In this document: positions 6,760 through 16,027 of the stretch, piece after piece
Layout of the letters: each line of letters starts with the position of its first letter
Numbering within the stretch: the first letter of the stretch is position 1
Notes under the pieces: model-generated
Databases searched by the model: none
What the model was told of the DNA's origin: nothing
The model's input: the letters and a program-made list of their open reading frames with translations, nothing else
Source of the DNA: a virus
Lineage: Duplodnaviria; Caudoviricetes
Reading direction: 5' to 3' (one strand)
DNA: 40,547 nt
Virus record (IMG/VR): IMGVR_UViG_3300004369_000042
Span: 1 to 40,547 of that record
Translations under genes and position numbers: made by a program

Positions 6760-8491
6760 CGGAAAACTCGTCGGGATTTCTATTGCGACGGATACTGGTT
6801 TTGTGGGGTACTTCCCCATCGCTCACGAGGGAGGAGATAACCTTGACAGTGGATCAGTCCTTAACTGGGCCCGAGCAACCCTCGGCGGCAGACAAGATAA
6901 GGTTGGAGCAAACCTGCTCTACGATCTTGAATGGCTTAGGGCGGCAGGGGTGGAAGTTAAAGGGCGCCTCAGAGATATTCAAGTTTCAGAACCACTCTTA
7001 GATGAAGAGCGTGATGGTGGCTACAGCTTATCTAACCTGTCTAAGTATTATCTAAACCAGGATAAAGATGAAACTTTATTGCGTGATGCAGCAAGGTCTT
7101 TTGGAGTTGATCCCAAGGGTGGGCTATGGAAACTACCAGCTAGATATGTTGGTCCGTATGCAGAGGCAGATGCAGCTCTTCCACTGGAAATATGGAAGCA
7201 TCAAGAGAAGCTATTAAGAGAGCAAGGCTTATGGGATATATTTGAGCTTGAGTCTAGACTACTCAATGTCATACTAGACATGAGGTTCAAAGGCGTCCGT
7301 ATCGATATAGATAAAGCCGAGCAGCTTAATGATAAATGCTTGACTGATGAAGCTCAGTTGCTTACCAGTATAAGAAAAGAATGTGGTACCGTTGTTGAAC
7401 CCTGGTCTGCTGACGAGCTATCAAAAGCTTTTGACAACTTAGGTATATGGTATCCACGTACTAATCGTGGTAACCCATCTTTTACTAGTGATTGGCTTAA
7501 CAGTCATGAGCATCCGTTTGCTAAGAGTATTGCTGAGTGGCGTAAAATAAATAAAATGAGGCGTGACTTCATTGAAGGCATATGTCTCAAGCAGCAACAC
7601 AATGGTCGTATCCATGCTCAGTTCCATTCATTGCGCAAAGACTCTGATGGTACTCGAACAGGAAGGTTTAGTTCATCAACACCTAATCTGCAGCAGATAC
7701 CAGCTCGTGATGAATACTGGGGTCCGTTGATTCGTAGTTTGTTTTTACCTGATGAAGGTAAGCAGTGGGCTTGTCTTGACTATAGCCAACAAGAACCAAG
7801 GGTTTTGATGCACTATGCTTTTCTTCGTGCTTTAAGAGGTGCTGAAGATGCTGTCAACCAATATAGAAATAATGCTGATACAGATTTCCACCAAGTTGTA
7901 GCTGATATGGCTGGCATCAGTCGTAAGCAAGCAAAGACTATTAACCTTGGTATGTTTTACGGCATGGGTATCTATAAGCTCAGTCAAGAATTAGGCATGG
8001 AACAATTTGAAGCCAAGCCTATTTTTGAGCAGTATCATAGTCGAGTTCCGTTTGTGCGTCAGCTTGCTCATGAGTGTACACGTGCTGCCAACCAAAAAGG
8101 CTATATTAAAACCCTGTTAGGTAGGCATAGACACTTTAATTTGTTTGAACCAGCTGATAGTAGAAACACTTGGCCAAACAGAGAAACACCATTGAACAGA
8201 GATGCTGCAATGGAAGTATGGAATGATAGACCTTTACGTCGATCATTCACGCATAAAGCTCTGAATGCTTTGATACAAGGCAGCAGTGCTGATATGACAA
8301 AGAAAGCTATGCTGGATTTATATGATGAAGGTGTAACAGCACATATTACGGTGCATGATGAGCTTGATTTTTCCGTTGAAGATCGTGTACAAGCCGATAC
8401 TTACCGTGATATAATGGAAAATTGTGTCAATCTTGAATTACCACTCAAGGTTGATGTAGAAATCGGTCCTAACTGGGGCGAAATCAAATAG
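6611..8491 (+). CDS. polA: family A DNA polymerase with 3'-5' exonuclease
   Basis: Exo I LDVET, Exo III YAEAD, TGRFSS, motif A DYSQQEPR, motif B KTINLGMFYG, motif C VHDE. Confidence 0.95.
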   Translation: MAQMSMFLPKADWRPPKELPDLSAAKIISLDVETSDPHLLTSGPGGVRHDGKLVGISIATDTGFVGYFPIAHEGGDNLDSGSVLNWARATLGGRQDKVGANLLYDLEWLRAAGVEVKGRLRDIQVSEPLLDEERDGGYSLSNLSKYYLNQDKDETLLRDAARSFGVDPKGGLWKLPARYVGPYAEADAALPLEIWKHQEKLLREQGLWDIFELESRLLNVILDMRFKGVRIDIDKAEQLNDKCLTDEAQLLTSIRKECGTVVEPWSADELSKAFDNLGIWYPRTNRGNPSFTSDWLNSHEHPFAKSIAEWRKINKMRRDFIEGICLKQQHNGRIHAQFHSLRKDSDGTRTGRFSSSTPNLQQIPARDEYWGPLIRSLFLPDEGKQWACLDYSQQEPRVLMHYAFLRALRGAEDAVNQYRNNADTDFHQVVADMAGISRKQAKTINLGMFYGMGIYKLSQELGMEQFEAKPIFEQYHSRVPFVRQLAHECTRAANQKGYIKTLLGRHRHFNLFEPADSRNTWPNRETPLNRDAAMEVWNDRPLRRSFTHKALNALIQGSSADMTKKAMLDLYDEGVTAHITVHDELDFSVEDRVQADTYRDIMENCVNLELPLKVDVEIGPNWGEIK

Positions 8492-8504
8492 AAAGGAGAA
8501 TGTT

Positions 8505-8864
8505 ATGTGGTTATTTACTGATGAAGGCATGATTAGTGTTGTGCGGCACAAGGACTATGATGAAGTTGTCCTTATGCGTGCTCGTAATGCTAATACAATA
8601 CCGAATATACTGAAGCGTAGTGGCTTTCACCATAAGCTAAATGAGCAAGAGTATACCCCTGAGCGTGATTATGCTTATCGAATAGAGCTAACAGACTCTG
8701 AGTATTCTCATATTTTGCTGCAGCTTATTGATCAAATGAAATATACTAACTTCAAAGACCATCTTCGCATAAACAAAAAGATGGATGACATGCAGCGTCA
8801 TATTTATAATGACGTGTACTATACAGCCTTAGGCCTTATGGATCAAGATTATGATGACAACTGA
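8505..8864 (+). CDS. hypothetical protein
   Basis: ORF preceded by an AGAAAGGAGAA RBS. Confidence 0.75.
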   Translation: MWLFTDEGMISVVRHKDYDEVVLMRARNANTIPNILKRSGFHHKLNEQEYTPERDYAYRIELTDSEYSHILLQLIDQMKYTNFKDHLRINKKMDDMQRHIYNDVYYTALGLMDQDYDDN

Positions 8865-9279
8865 GGCAGCACTATGGCAGTTAGTTAAGAAAAACATTAG
8901 TGGGCACCTGATCCGAGTTGAAAATACAGCTGGATCAGGAACCCCTGATGTGCATGCTTGCTATAAAGGTCGTGAAACCTGGATCGAGCTTAAACTAGGC
9001 CATGGTAATTTTATAAGTTTTAGATCTAGTCAAATAAGTTTTTTTGCCAAGCGTTGCATTTTGCACTATGGCAGGGTTAAAGTTTTGTGGCGCAAGAAAG
9101 ATGAGATCTGCGTTGCAAATGGTATGTCTGTTATGAACGCTCTCGAAAACGCAATTGCTCTGCCCGATGGTAGCGTAAAAATTCCGATAGCAGATATTAC
9201 CCACGAAAAATTTTTAAAACCGTGGAAATGGTACGAAATAACGGAAAAAGTCTATGAACAGTGTACCAATACACAATAA
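8851..9279 (+). CDS. PD-(D/E)XK nuclease (VRR-NUC/Holliday resolvase-like)
   Basis: E...RVEN...GTPDV...WIELK...SQ motif. Confidence 0.75.
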   Translation: MMTTEAALWQLVKKNISGHLIRVENTAGSGTPDVHACYKGRETWIELKLGHGNFISFRSSQISFFAKRCILHYGRVKVLWRKKDEICVANGMSVMNALENAIALPDGSVKIPIADITHEKFLKPWKWYEITEKVYEQCTNTQ

Positions 9280-9312
9280 TATAATATGATCAATATTAGA
9301 AAGGAGAATGCT

Positions 9313-9645
9313 ATGACAAATAGCGGTAAAGTTTATGTAGTGCAAGAGGCTCCAAACAGGAACTTGTTGCCCGCTACTACCTATGGGGAAATCAAAATCC
9401 TGCTACCCCCAGGTAACGTCGCTTATTCTTCTGCACCAACAGTTCGTAGGTTGCGCGAAGGTCTCAAGACTTTCAGTGACCATGATTATCTATTGTTGAT
9501 GGGAGATCCGGCAGCAATAGCTATAGCAGGAGCAGTGGCAGCCGATTTTAATTTGGGCAAAGTAAAAATGCTTAAATGGGATAGGCAAGAACAGCAGTAC
9601 TACGTCGTAGACGTGGATTTATATAGGAGAAAGAACGATGATTGA
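9313..9645 (+). CDS. hypothetical phage protein
   Basis: ATG 9313 follows AGAAAGGAGAA; possible promoter TGTACC-N17-TATGAT at 9262-9290. Confidence 0.75.
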   Translation: MTNSGKVYVVQEAPNRNLLPATTYGEIKILLPPGNVAYSSAPTVRRLREGLKTFSDHDYLLLMGDPAAIAIAGAVAADFNLGKVKMLKWDRQEQQYYVVDVDLYRRKNDD

Positions 9646-10165
9646 TAGTTTTGATGTCGATGATTCTGGCTTGCAACAGATCTCTGACCTTGCTAATAAG
9701 CAGGTTAAGCTAGAACGTAAAATAAAAGAGATGGAAGACGAGCTCAAAGCCGTCAAAGATGAGCACAAACAAGTAAGCCAAGTGGATATTCCAGAAGCTT
9801 TGGCTGAAGTAGGTTTGTCAGAGTTTAAGCTAAAAGATGGTACCAAGATTACTGTGTCACCATTCTATTCTGCTTCAATTCCTAAAGACCGTGTTGATGA
9901 AGCCATGAATTGGCTACGTGATAACGACCACGGTGATCTCATAAAAAATACTATCAGTGTAGACTTTGGTCGTGGTGAAGATGAAGCTGCTGCCCAACTA
10001 AAAGAGCACTTGCAAGAAGAAGGTGCTTCATACACTGATAAAACAGGTGTCCACCCACAGACGTTACGTGCGTTTGTGCGTGAGCAAGTAGAGTCTGGCC
10101 AGAACCTGCCCCTGGACTTACTCGGAGTTTTTATAGGGCAGAAAACCGTCATTAAGGAGGGTTAA
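9638..10165 (+). CDS. phage replication-module protein with N-terminal coiled coil
   Basis: Coiled coil then WLRDNDHGDLIK and VHPQTLRAFVRE motifs; lies in the replication cluster. Confidence 0.7.
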   Translation: MIDSFDVDDSGLQQISDLANKQVKLERKIKEMEDELKAVKDEHKQVSQVDIPEALAEVGLSEFKLKDGTKITVSPFYSASIPKDRVDEAMNWLRDNDHGDLIKNTISVDFGRGEDEAAAQLKEHLQEEGASYTDKTGVHPQTLRAFVREQVESGQNLPLDLLGVFIGQKTVIKEG

Positions 10166-10169
10166 TATC

Positions 10170-10904
10170 ATGGCTCGTGGTATACAACAGAAAAAAGAGC
10201 AACTTCCTTCTGTGATTAATTTCGCAGTGGATGCCTCTGACGGGATGGACAACCTGAGTGCACAGGATTATGCTATCCCATACCTTTCCATCTTGCAAAA
10301 GATGAGTCCACAGTTAGATACTATGGATGTGAAAGCAGGTCAAATCTTTAATACAGTAACGGAAGAAGCTGTAGATAAGTTGACCGTGATTCCGTGTGCT
10401 TATGTCCGTAACTTCGTTGAATGGGTTCCCCGTGAAAACGGTGGAGGACTAGTTGCAGTGCATGCGATCAATGACTTGCCTAAGCACTCTCGTGTTGACA
10501 ACAAGTTGATGACAACCGAAGGAAATATCCTAGTCGAAACAGCTAATCACTATGTGATTATTGTTAGTGACAAAGGTATTGACCGAGGTCTTTTGGTCAT
10601 GACGAGTACGCAGCTGAAAAAGAACAGACGTTGGAATAGTCTTATGGCCGGAATTAAAATGGTCGATAATAACAACAACATGTTTACACCAGCTAGGTAC
10701 AGTCACATGTATCAGCTCACTACCCAACAGGAAAAGAACGATCAAGGTTCTTGGTATGGTTGGAACATTGAGTTAGTATCCCCTGTTAAAGATCAGTCGG
10801 TATATGCTCTTGCAAAAGACTTTGCATCACAAGTAAAGTCTGGCGCAGTACAAGCAGGCCCGCCACAGCAAGAACCTGTCGCGGATATTGGCGACACTTT
10901 TTAA
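10170..10904 (+). CDS. putative single-stranded DNA-binding protein
   Basis: Beta-rich pattern, acidic tail ending in Phe (DIGDTF), position before the primase. Confidence 0.55.
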   Translation: MARGIQQKKEQLPSVINFAVDASDGMDNLSAQDYAIPYLSILQKMSPQLDTMDVKAGQIFNTVTEEAVDKLTVIPCAYVRNFVEWVPRENGGGLVAVHAINDLPKHSRVDNKLMTTEGNILVETANHYVIIVSDKGIDRGLLVMTSTQLKKNRRWNSLMAGIKMVDNNNNMFTPARYSHMYQLTTQQEKNDQGSWYGWNIELVSPVKDQSVYALAKDFASQVKSGAVQAGPPQQEPVADIGDTF

Positions 10905-10909
10905 GGGAG

Positions 10910-10931
10910 TGGGGGAGCTTAGTCTCCCCCA
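10910..10931 (+). promoter_or_regulatory. GC-rich hairpin between SD-like sequence and primase start
   Basis: TGGGGGAG-CTTAGT-CTCCCCCA, no U tract, 9 nt before ATG 10941. Confidence 0.6.
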
Positions 10932-10940
10932 TCTATATCT

Positions 10941-12428
10941 ATGCGACTTGAAAAATTTAAAGAAATATTCATGGGATTACCGCGCGCGCACGGTTCGTAC
11001 GTTATTAATGGTGAACGTGCAGACGGTAAAAAACAGGGTCGCGCAACTACTATTCGTGAGGATGTAACCGATGAAAAGTGGCAAGCCCATTTGGACGGGA
11101 CCATGGGCCTGGGCATTATTCCTATTAATGATGACAGTTCTTGTAGGTTTGGTGCCATCGATGTGGACCAATATGATGGACTCGACTTCGGAAAAATCAA
11201 CGAAAAACTTGCCGATCTTAAACTCCCCTTATGGCCCTGTGCTAGTAAATCAGGAGGAGTCCACTTGTACTTATTCACAAGTGAATGGGTATCTGCGGAT
11301 CTCATGCAACGTAAACTTAGAGATATGGCTGCAGCCCTCGGATTCGGCGGCTCAGAAATATTTCCTAAACAAACACACATTCTAGCTGACCGCGGTGATG
11401 TCGGTCAGTGGATCAACATGCCATACTTCGGTAAAGAACGCTGGTGTAATAACATGGATCCAGATACTTTTGCTGATGCTGCATTAAAAGGTAGACTAAC
11501 TCAGAAGCAATTAGAAAAGTTAGAGATCAAAGCTCCAACACAAGCTTTTGATGATGGTCCACCTTGTTTGCAGCACTTGGCTGGACAGGGTTTTCCTGCT
11601 GGTACAAGAAACAATGGCCTGTTTAATGTGGCCGTTTACTGTCGTAAACGAGACCCAGACAAATGGCAACCAGCAATGGAGGAATTCAATGTCAAACTTA
11701 TGGACCCACCGTTATCTTCAACAGAGGTTCAAGGAGTTATTAAGTCCGCGTCCCGAAAGGATTATCAGTACACCTGCTCAAAAGCTCCGATCGCGCCTTA
11801 TTGCAATGCTGCTGTTTGTAAGCTCCGTAAGTTTGGGATTGATGGCAGCAATGATTTACCAGCCATTCATTCACTTACTAAGTTCAATACAACACCTCCT
11901 ATTTGGTTTTTAGATGTAGATGGTGGTGGTCGATTAGAGCTAGAGACTGACGACTTACAAAATCAAAGACGGTTTCAGCGCAAGTGTATGGAAAAACTAA
12001 ACACCATGCCGAATAAAATGAGTGATCAGGCATGGACCAAGCTTATTAATCATCTGTTAGAAAACCTTACAGTAGTAGAAGCTCCTGTTGATGCTAGTCC
12101 TATTGGCCAGTTGATGGAGCATGTTGAACGGTTTTGTACTGGGAGAGTACAAGCTAAGAATAGAGATGAACTGCTGCTAGGTAAACCATGGACCGAGGAT
12201 GATAGACACTACTTCCGTGTCGCTGATCTTATGGCTTACTTAGATCGTATGCATTTCAGAGATTATCGCGTACACCAAGTAACATCTATACTTAAAGGAC
12301 AAGATGCTGAGCATCATTTCTTTAATTGTAAAGGTAAAGGCGTTAACTGTTGGTCTATTAAAGCTTTTGAAAAACATGATGAAGACTTTGATACACCAAA
12401 GCTAGAGGGGAAAGATGACCTCTTCTAG
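10941..12428 (+). CDS. primase-polymerase (AEP superfamily) with PriCT-like domain
   Basis: GAIDVD, SKSGGVHLYLF, INMPYF, PPCL...GTRNNGLFN. Confidence 0.8.
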   Translation: MRLEKFKEIFMGLPRAHGSYVINGERADGKKQGRATTIREDVTDEKWQAHLDGTMGLGIIPINDDSSCRFGAIDVDQYDGLDFGKINEKLADLKLPLWPCASKSGGVHLYLFTSEWVSADLMQRKLRDMAAALGFGGSEIFPKQTHILADRGDVGQWINMPYFGKERWCNNMDPDTFADAALKGRLTQKQLEKLEIKAPTQAFDDGPPCLQHLAGQGFPAGTRNNGLFNVAVYCRKRDPDKWQPAMEEFNVKLMDPPLSSTEVQGVIKSASRKDYQYTCSKAPIAPYCNAAVCKLRKFGIDGSNDLPAIHSLTKFNTTPPIWFLDVDGGGRLELETDDLQNQRRFQRKCMEKLNTMPNKMSDQAWTKLINHLLENLTVVEAPVDASPIGQLMEHVERFCTGRVQAKNRDELLLGKPWTEDDRHYFRVADLMAYLDRMHFRDYRVHQVTSILKGQDAEHHFFNCKGKGVNCWSIKAFEKHDEDFDTPKLEGKDDLF

Positions 12429-13881
12429 TTGGAACATAGTGTTTGGTCCACCTGGTACAGGGAAGACAACCTTTGGTATGAAGTTTGTTGAGGACCAGAT
12501 AGCTCTTGGAATAGATCCTAGTCGCATTGGCTATATAGCATTCACGCGTAAGGCTGCCAATGAGGCTAGGTCCAGGGCTCAAGAACGGTTTAACTTAACA
12601 GACGATGACCTACACTATTTTAGAACGATACATAGTCTGTGCTTTATGCAGCTAGGTATGAAACCAAGTGGCATGATGCAAAAGCAGCACTGGGTAGAAA
12701 TAGGACAGCTGCTAGGTGTAGAGACCAGTGGCATGGGTACATTAAACGATGACGCTTACGCCATGTCTATGCCTGTAGGTGATCGCCTGTTCTTTTTAGA
12801 GAATCTGTCTCGTATAACAAGAAGCACATTACGTGAGACATATGAAAAAACAGTGGATGACGATATTAACTATGATCAGCTTGTCATTGCTGCTAAGACT
12901 TTAACCCAGTACAAACAAAAGCATAAGCTTCTAGATTTTACTGACCTGCTAGATAAATGGCTTGCTAAAGGTGTACCACCAAAGCTTGACGCCTTGTTTG
13001 TAGATGAAGCACAAGATCTATCTAAGCTGCAATGGGAAGTTGTACATAAAATAGCACGTGAGGTACCACTTAAATATGCAGCAGGTGATGATGACCAGGC
13101 TATATATCGCTGGGCTGGCGCCGCTGTTGAAGAATTTATTAATCTTCCTGGTGAGAAAACAGTGCTCTCTCATTCATATCGTATCCCTGAGGCTGTACAT
13201 AGTATGGCCACAGATCTTCTACATAACATAGGAAACAGGCAGCCTAAGCAGTTTACGCATAATGGGAACCCTGGTTATGTGACCTATCATTTCAGTGTCG
13301 AGGATCTCGATCTTAGCACTGGTGAATGGTTGTTGTTAGCTCGTAATAGTTATTTACTAAAAGACTACGAAAGAGTCTGTGAGCAAAATGGCTATCCTTA
13401 CGAGAGCCCAAGCCGTAAACCTCTCCAGTCTGCTGCACTCAGGGCAGTAAAGGACTGGACAAGATTGGGTAAGGGCGAGACTATATACGGCAAGCAGCTT
13501 AAGAATGTTCGTCGGTTTCATGGTTTCTCCTTTAATATAGATGACGAACGTATTTATGCTTTATCAGACTTGCCTGTGGATTATTTCCCTTGGTATGAAG
13601 CATTTAAAAAAATCAGTTCAACGCTAAGAGAGTACTTCTTAGCAGCGAGACGTAATGGGGAAAGCTTGTCTACCCCAAGAATTAAAATTAATACCATCCA
13701 TGGAGTTAAGGGCGGAGAGGCAGAGCATGTTGCTGTGATGACAGACATGGCTGCACGATCTCACAGGTACATGCAAATGTTCCCTGATGACGAATATCGT
13801 GTGTTCTATGTAGCAGCTACACGTGCTAAGAGCGGGCTAAATATTATTCAGCCCAATTCTCGACTGTTTTTCGAAATTTGA
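12415..13881 (+). CDS. SF1 UvrD/Rep-like helicase
   Basis: GPPGTGKT, AFTRKAA, VDEAQD, GDDDQAIY, TIHGVKGGE, YVAATRAK. Confidence 0.92.
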   Translation: MTSSSWNIVFGPPGTGKTTFGMKFVEDQIALGIDPSRIGYIAFTRKAANEARSRAQERFNLTDDDLHYFRTIHSLCFMQLGMKPSGMMQKQHWVEIGQLLGVETSGMGTLNDDAYAMSMPVGDRLFFLENLSRITRSTLRETYEKTVDDDINYDQLVIAAKTLTQYKQKHKLLDFTDLLDKWLAKGVPPKLDALFVDEAQDLSKLQWEVVHKIAREVPLKYAAGDDDQAIYRWAGAAVEEFINLPGEKTVLSHSYRIPEAVHSMATDLLHNIGNRQPKQFTHNGNPGYVTYHFSVEDLDLSTGEWLLLARNSYLLKDYERVCEQNGYPYESPSRKPLQSAALRAVKDWTRLGKGETIYGKQLKNVRRFHGFSFNIDDERIYALSDLPVDYFPWYEAFKKISSTLREYFLAARRNGESLSTPRIKINTIHGVKGGEAEHVAVMTDMAARSHRYMQMFPDDEYRVFYVAATRAKSGLNIIQPNSRLFFEI

Positions 13882-13915
13882 CCTCATAGGATGACCGTAG
13901 AGAGCGGAGAAAAAC

Positions 13916-15364
13916 ATGACCCATAGTAACATATACCCTTTTAAGACCCGCCCTTACGCGCATCAGAGGGAAGTCTGGGAACTATCTAACAAAAAAGACG
14001 AATTTGCTCTGTTCATGGACATGGGAACAGGGAAGTCTAAGGTAATAATTGATACCATTGCCTATCTATATGATCAAGGTCGGATAGATTCCGCTCTGAT
14101 TATTGCCCCCAAAGGTACATATCAAAATTGGACGCGCAATGAGATACCAACACACATGCCCGATCACATTGTGATTAAGACTGCTGCATGGTCTGCTGCT
14201 CCTAAGAAAGAACAGGCCAAGGATCTAGAAAAGATAGGCTTTTCAAGTAATGACTTGCGCATACTTGTTATGAATGTTGAAGCGTTTAGTACAGCTAAAG
14301 GCACTAAGTTTGCTGAACACTTTATGCGAGTTGCTGGTAGCTGCATGATGGTTATAGATGAATCAACCACTATCAAAAACCCTAAAGCAAAACGAACAAA
14401 GAACTTAGTACGTATTGGGCAGCATGCCAAGTATCGTCGTATCTTGACTGGTGAACCTGTAACCCGTAGCCCACTGGATCTATATGCTCAGTTCCAGTTT
14501 CTCAATCCACACTTGCTAGGATTCAGTAGCTTTTATACTTTTCGCAATCGATATGCCATCATGATTGATATGAAAGCTGGTACACGGGCATTTAAAAAGA
14601 TTGTGGGATACCAAAGGCTTGAAGAGCTAGGCGACCAGATTAAACCCTGGTCATACAGGATTAAGAAAGAACAGTGTCTTGACCTACCGCCTAAGACATA
14701 TCAGTACCGTGAGGTTGAGCTTACACCAGAGCAGAAAAAAGTTTATAAAGATCTATCTGATCTAGCCGTATCTTTTCTTGATGGTAAAGTCCTATCAGTA
14801 GATACAGTGCTTACACAGATGCTAAGGCTGCACCAGATAACTTGTGGCCATTACAAATCAGATGATGACGAGATTATACAGGTACCTAATAACAGGCTAG
14901 CCGAGTTAATGCAGGTCCTTGATGAGGCACCCAATAAGGTTATTATATGGGCAACATACATAGAGGATATTAAAGCAATTCTCTCCGCTCTTAAAAAGGA
15001 ATACGGAGATGAATCTACAGTGGCTTACTATGGGGCCGTGAGCCAAGATGATCGAAACACGGCTATTGATAGATTTCAAAAAGATGATACCTGCCGGTTT
15101 TTTGTAGGTAATCCACAAACAGGATCTATGGGTATTACCTTAACTGCGGCTGATACCGTGGTTTATTATTCTAATAGCTATAACCTAGAACATAGGCTGC
15201 AGTCTGAAGATCGTGCACACCGTATTGGCCAGGAAAAGAAAGTCCTGTATATTGATATTATCTGTCCAGGTACTATTGATTCTAAGATTGTTAAAGCTCT
15301 ACGTGATAAGAAGAATATTGCACAACAGGTTATGGGTGATGAATGGAAACAGTGGCTTACTTAG
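13916..15364 (+). CDS. SNF2-family (SF2) helicase
   Basis: MDMGTGKS, IDEST, LTGEP, QSEDRAHRIGQ. Confidence 0.92.
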   Translation: MTHSNIYPFKTRPYAHQREVWELSNKKDEFALFMDMGTGKSKVIIDTIAYLYDQGRIDSALIIAPKGTYQNWTRNEIPTHMPDHIVIKTAAWSAAPKKEQAKDLEKIGFSSNDLRILVMNVEAFSTAKGTKFAEHFMRVAGSCMMVIDESTTIKNPKAKRTKNLVRIGQHAKYRRILTGEPVTRSPLDLYAQFQFLNPHLLGFSSFYTFRNRYAIMIDMKAGTRAFKKIVGYQRLEELGDQIKPWSYRIKKEQCLDLPPKTYQYREVELTPEQKKVYKDLSDLAVSFLDGKVLSVDTVLTQMLRLHQITCGHYKSDDDEIIQVPNNRLAELMQVLDEAPNKVIIWATYIEDIKAILSALKKEYGDESTVAYYGAVSQDDRNTAIDRFQKDDTCRFFVGNPQTGSMGITLTAADTVVYYSNSYNLEHRLQSEDRAHRIGQEKKVLYIDIICPGTIDSKIVKALRDKKNIAQQVMGDEWKQWLT

Positions 15365-15578
15365 TAACCTTGTTCTCGTGATTCATCCAAATAGCAAAGG
15401 CTCCTGTCATAGCACCAGTGACAACTGAAACAAGTCCTGCTTGGGCAGGGCTAGGATCAGGCAATGTCATAAACCATTCAACCACACGCCAGCTCATAAG
15501 AGTCATAACACCCATCATAAACCTTGGCAGCAAGTTATAGCTAAGGATTCGTTTAATTTGGTCTGTCATGGTCTTCAC
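15357..15578 (-). CDS. small two-TM membrane protein of the lysis cluster
   Basis: Two hydrophobic helices; directly downstream of the endolysin. Confidence 0.65.
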   Translation of the reverse strand: MKTMTDQIKRILSYNLLPRFMMGVMTLMSWRVVEWFMTLPDPSPAQAGLVSVVTGAMTGAFAIWMNHENKVTK

Positions 15579-16027
15579 GCTATTTCAAAGTGAGGAGCGT
15601 CTATAAACGGTCGTCGACCTTGACTTCGCCTTTCATCAATATATGAATTCATAGCTGATTCCATGGTGAGTGGCCAGTTACGAATATCATCAATATGCCA
15701 AGCTGCACCCCATCTTATACCTAGTCCTACTTCTTGAGCCGCTGTTTTCATAGCGTCTGCAATTTCATCATAGACATTAAGTTCCCAGCAGCCTCGTCCA
15801 TCGATATAGGCCATGAGATCCACTGCTAATCCTTCTAGGTGTTTTGATTTCATTGTTTGACTAGCACCTTTGGCAACCAAGGCTTTCTGTTCTTCTATGG
15901 TCCTTAGTCCACAGATCACGCCAAAATCAATACTAGTTATGGTTATAGCCTTTTTAACTACTTGAACTAGCTGCTCATTCACGCCTTCTAGTTTAGATAA
16001 GCTACGGTTAGACAATGTGTAGGTCAT
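15575..16027 (-). CDS. endolysin, M15 family L-Ala-D-Glu peptidase
   Basis: LSNRSLSKLEGV, GLRTIEEQ, SKHLEGLAVD, RWG, DAPHFE. Confidence 0.9.
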   Translation of the reverse strand: MTYTLSNRSLSKLEGVNEQLVQVVKKAITITSIDFGVICGLRTIEEQKALVAKGASQTMKSKHLEGLAVDLMAYIDGRGCWELNVYDEIADAMKTAAQEVGLGIRWGAAWHIDDIRNWPLTMESAMNSYIDERRSQGRRPFIDAPHFEIA

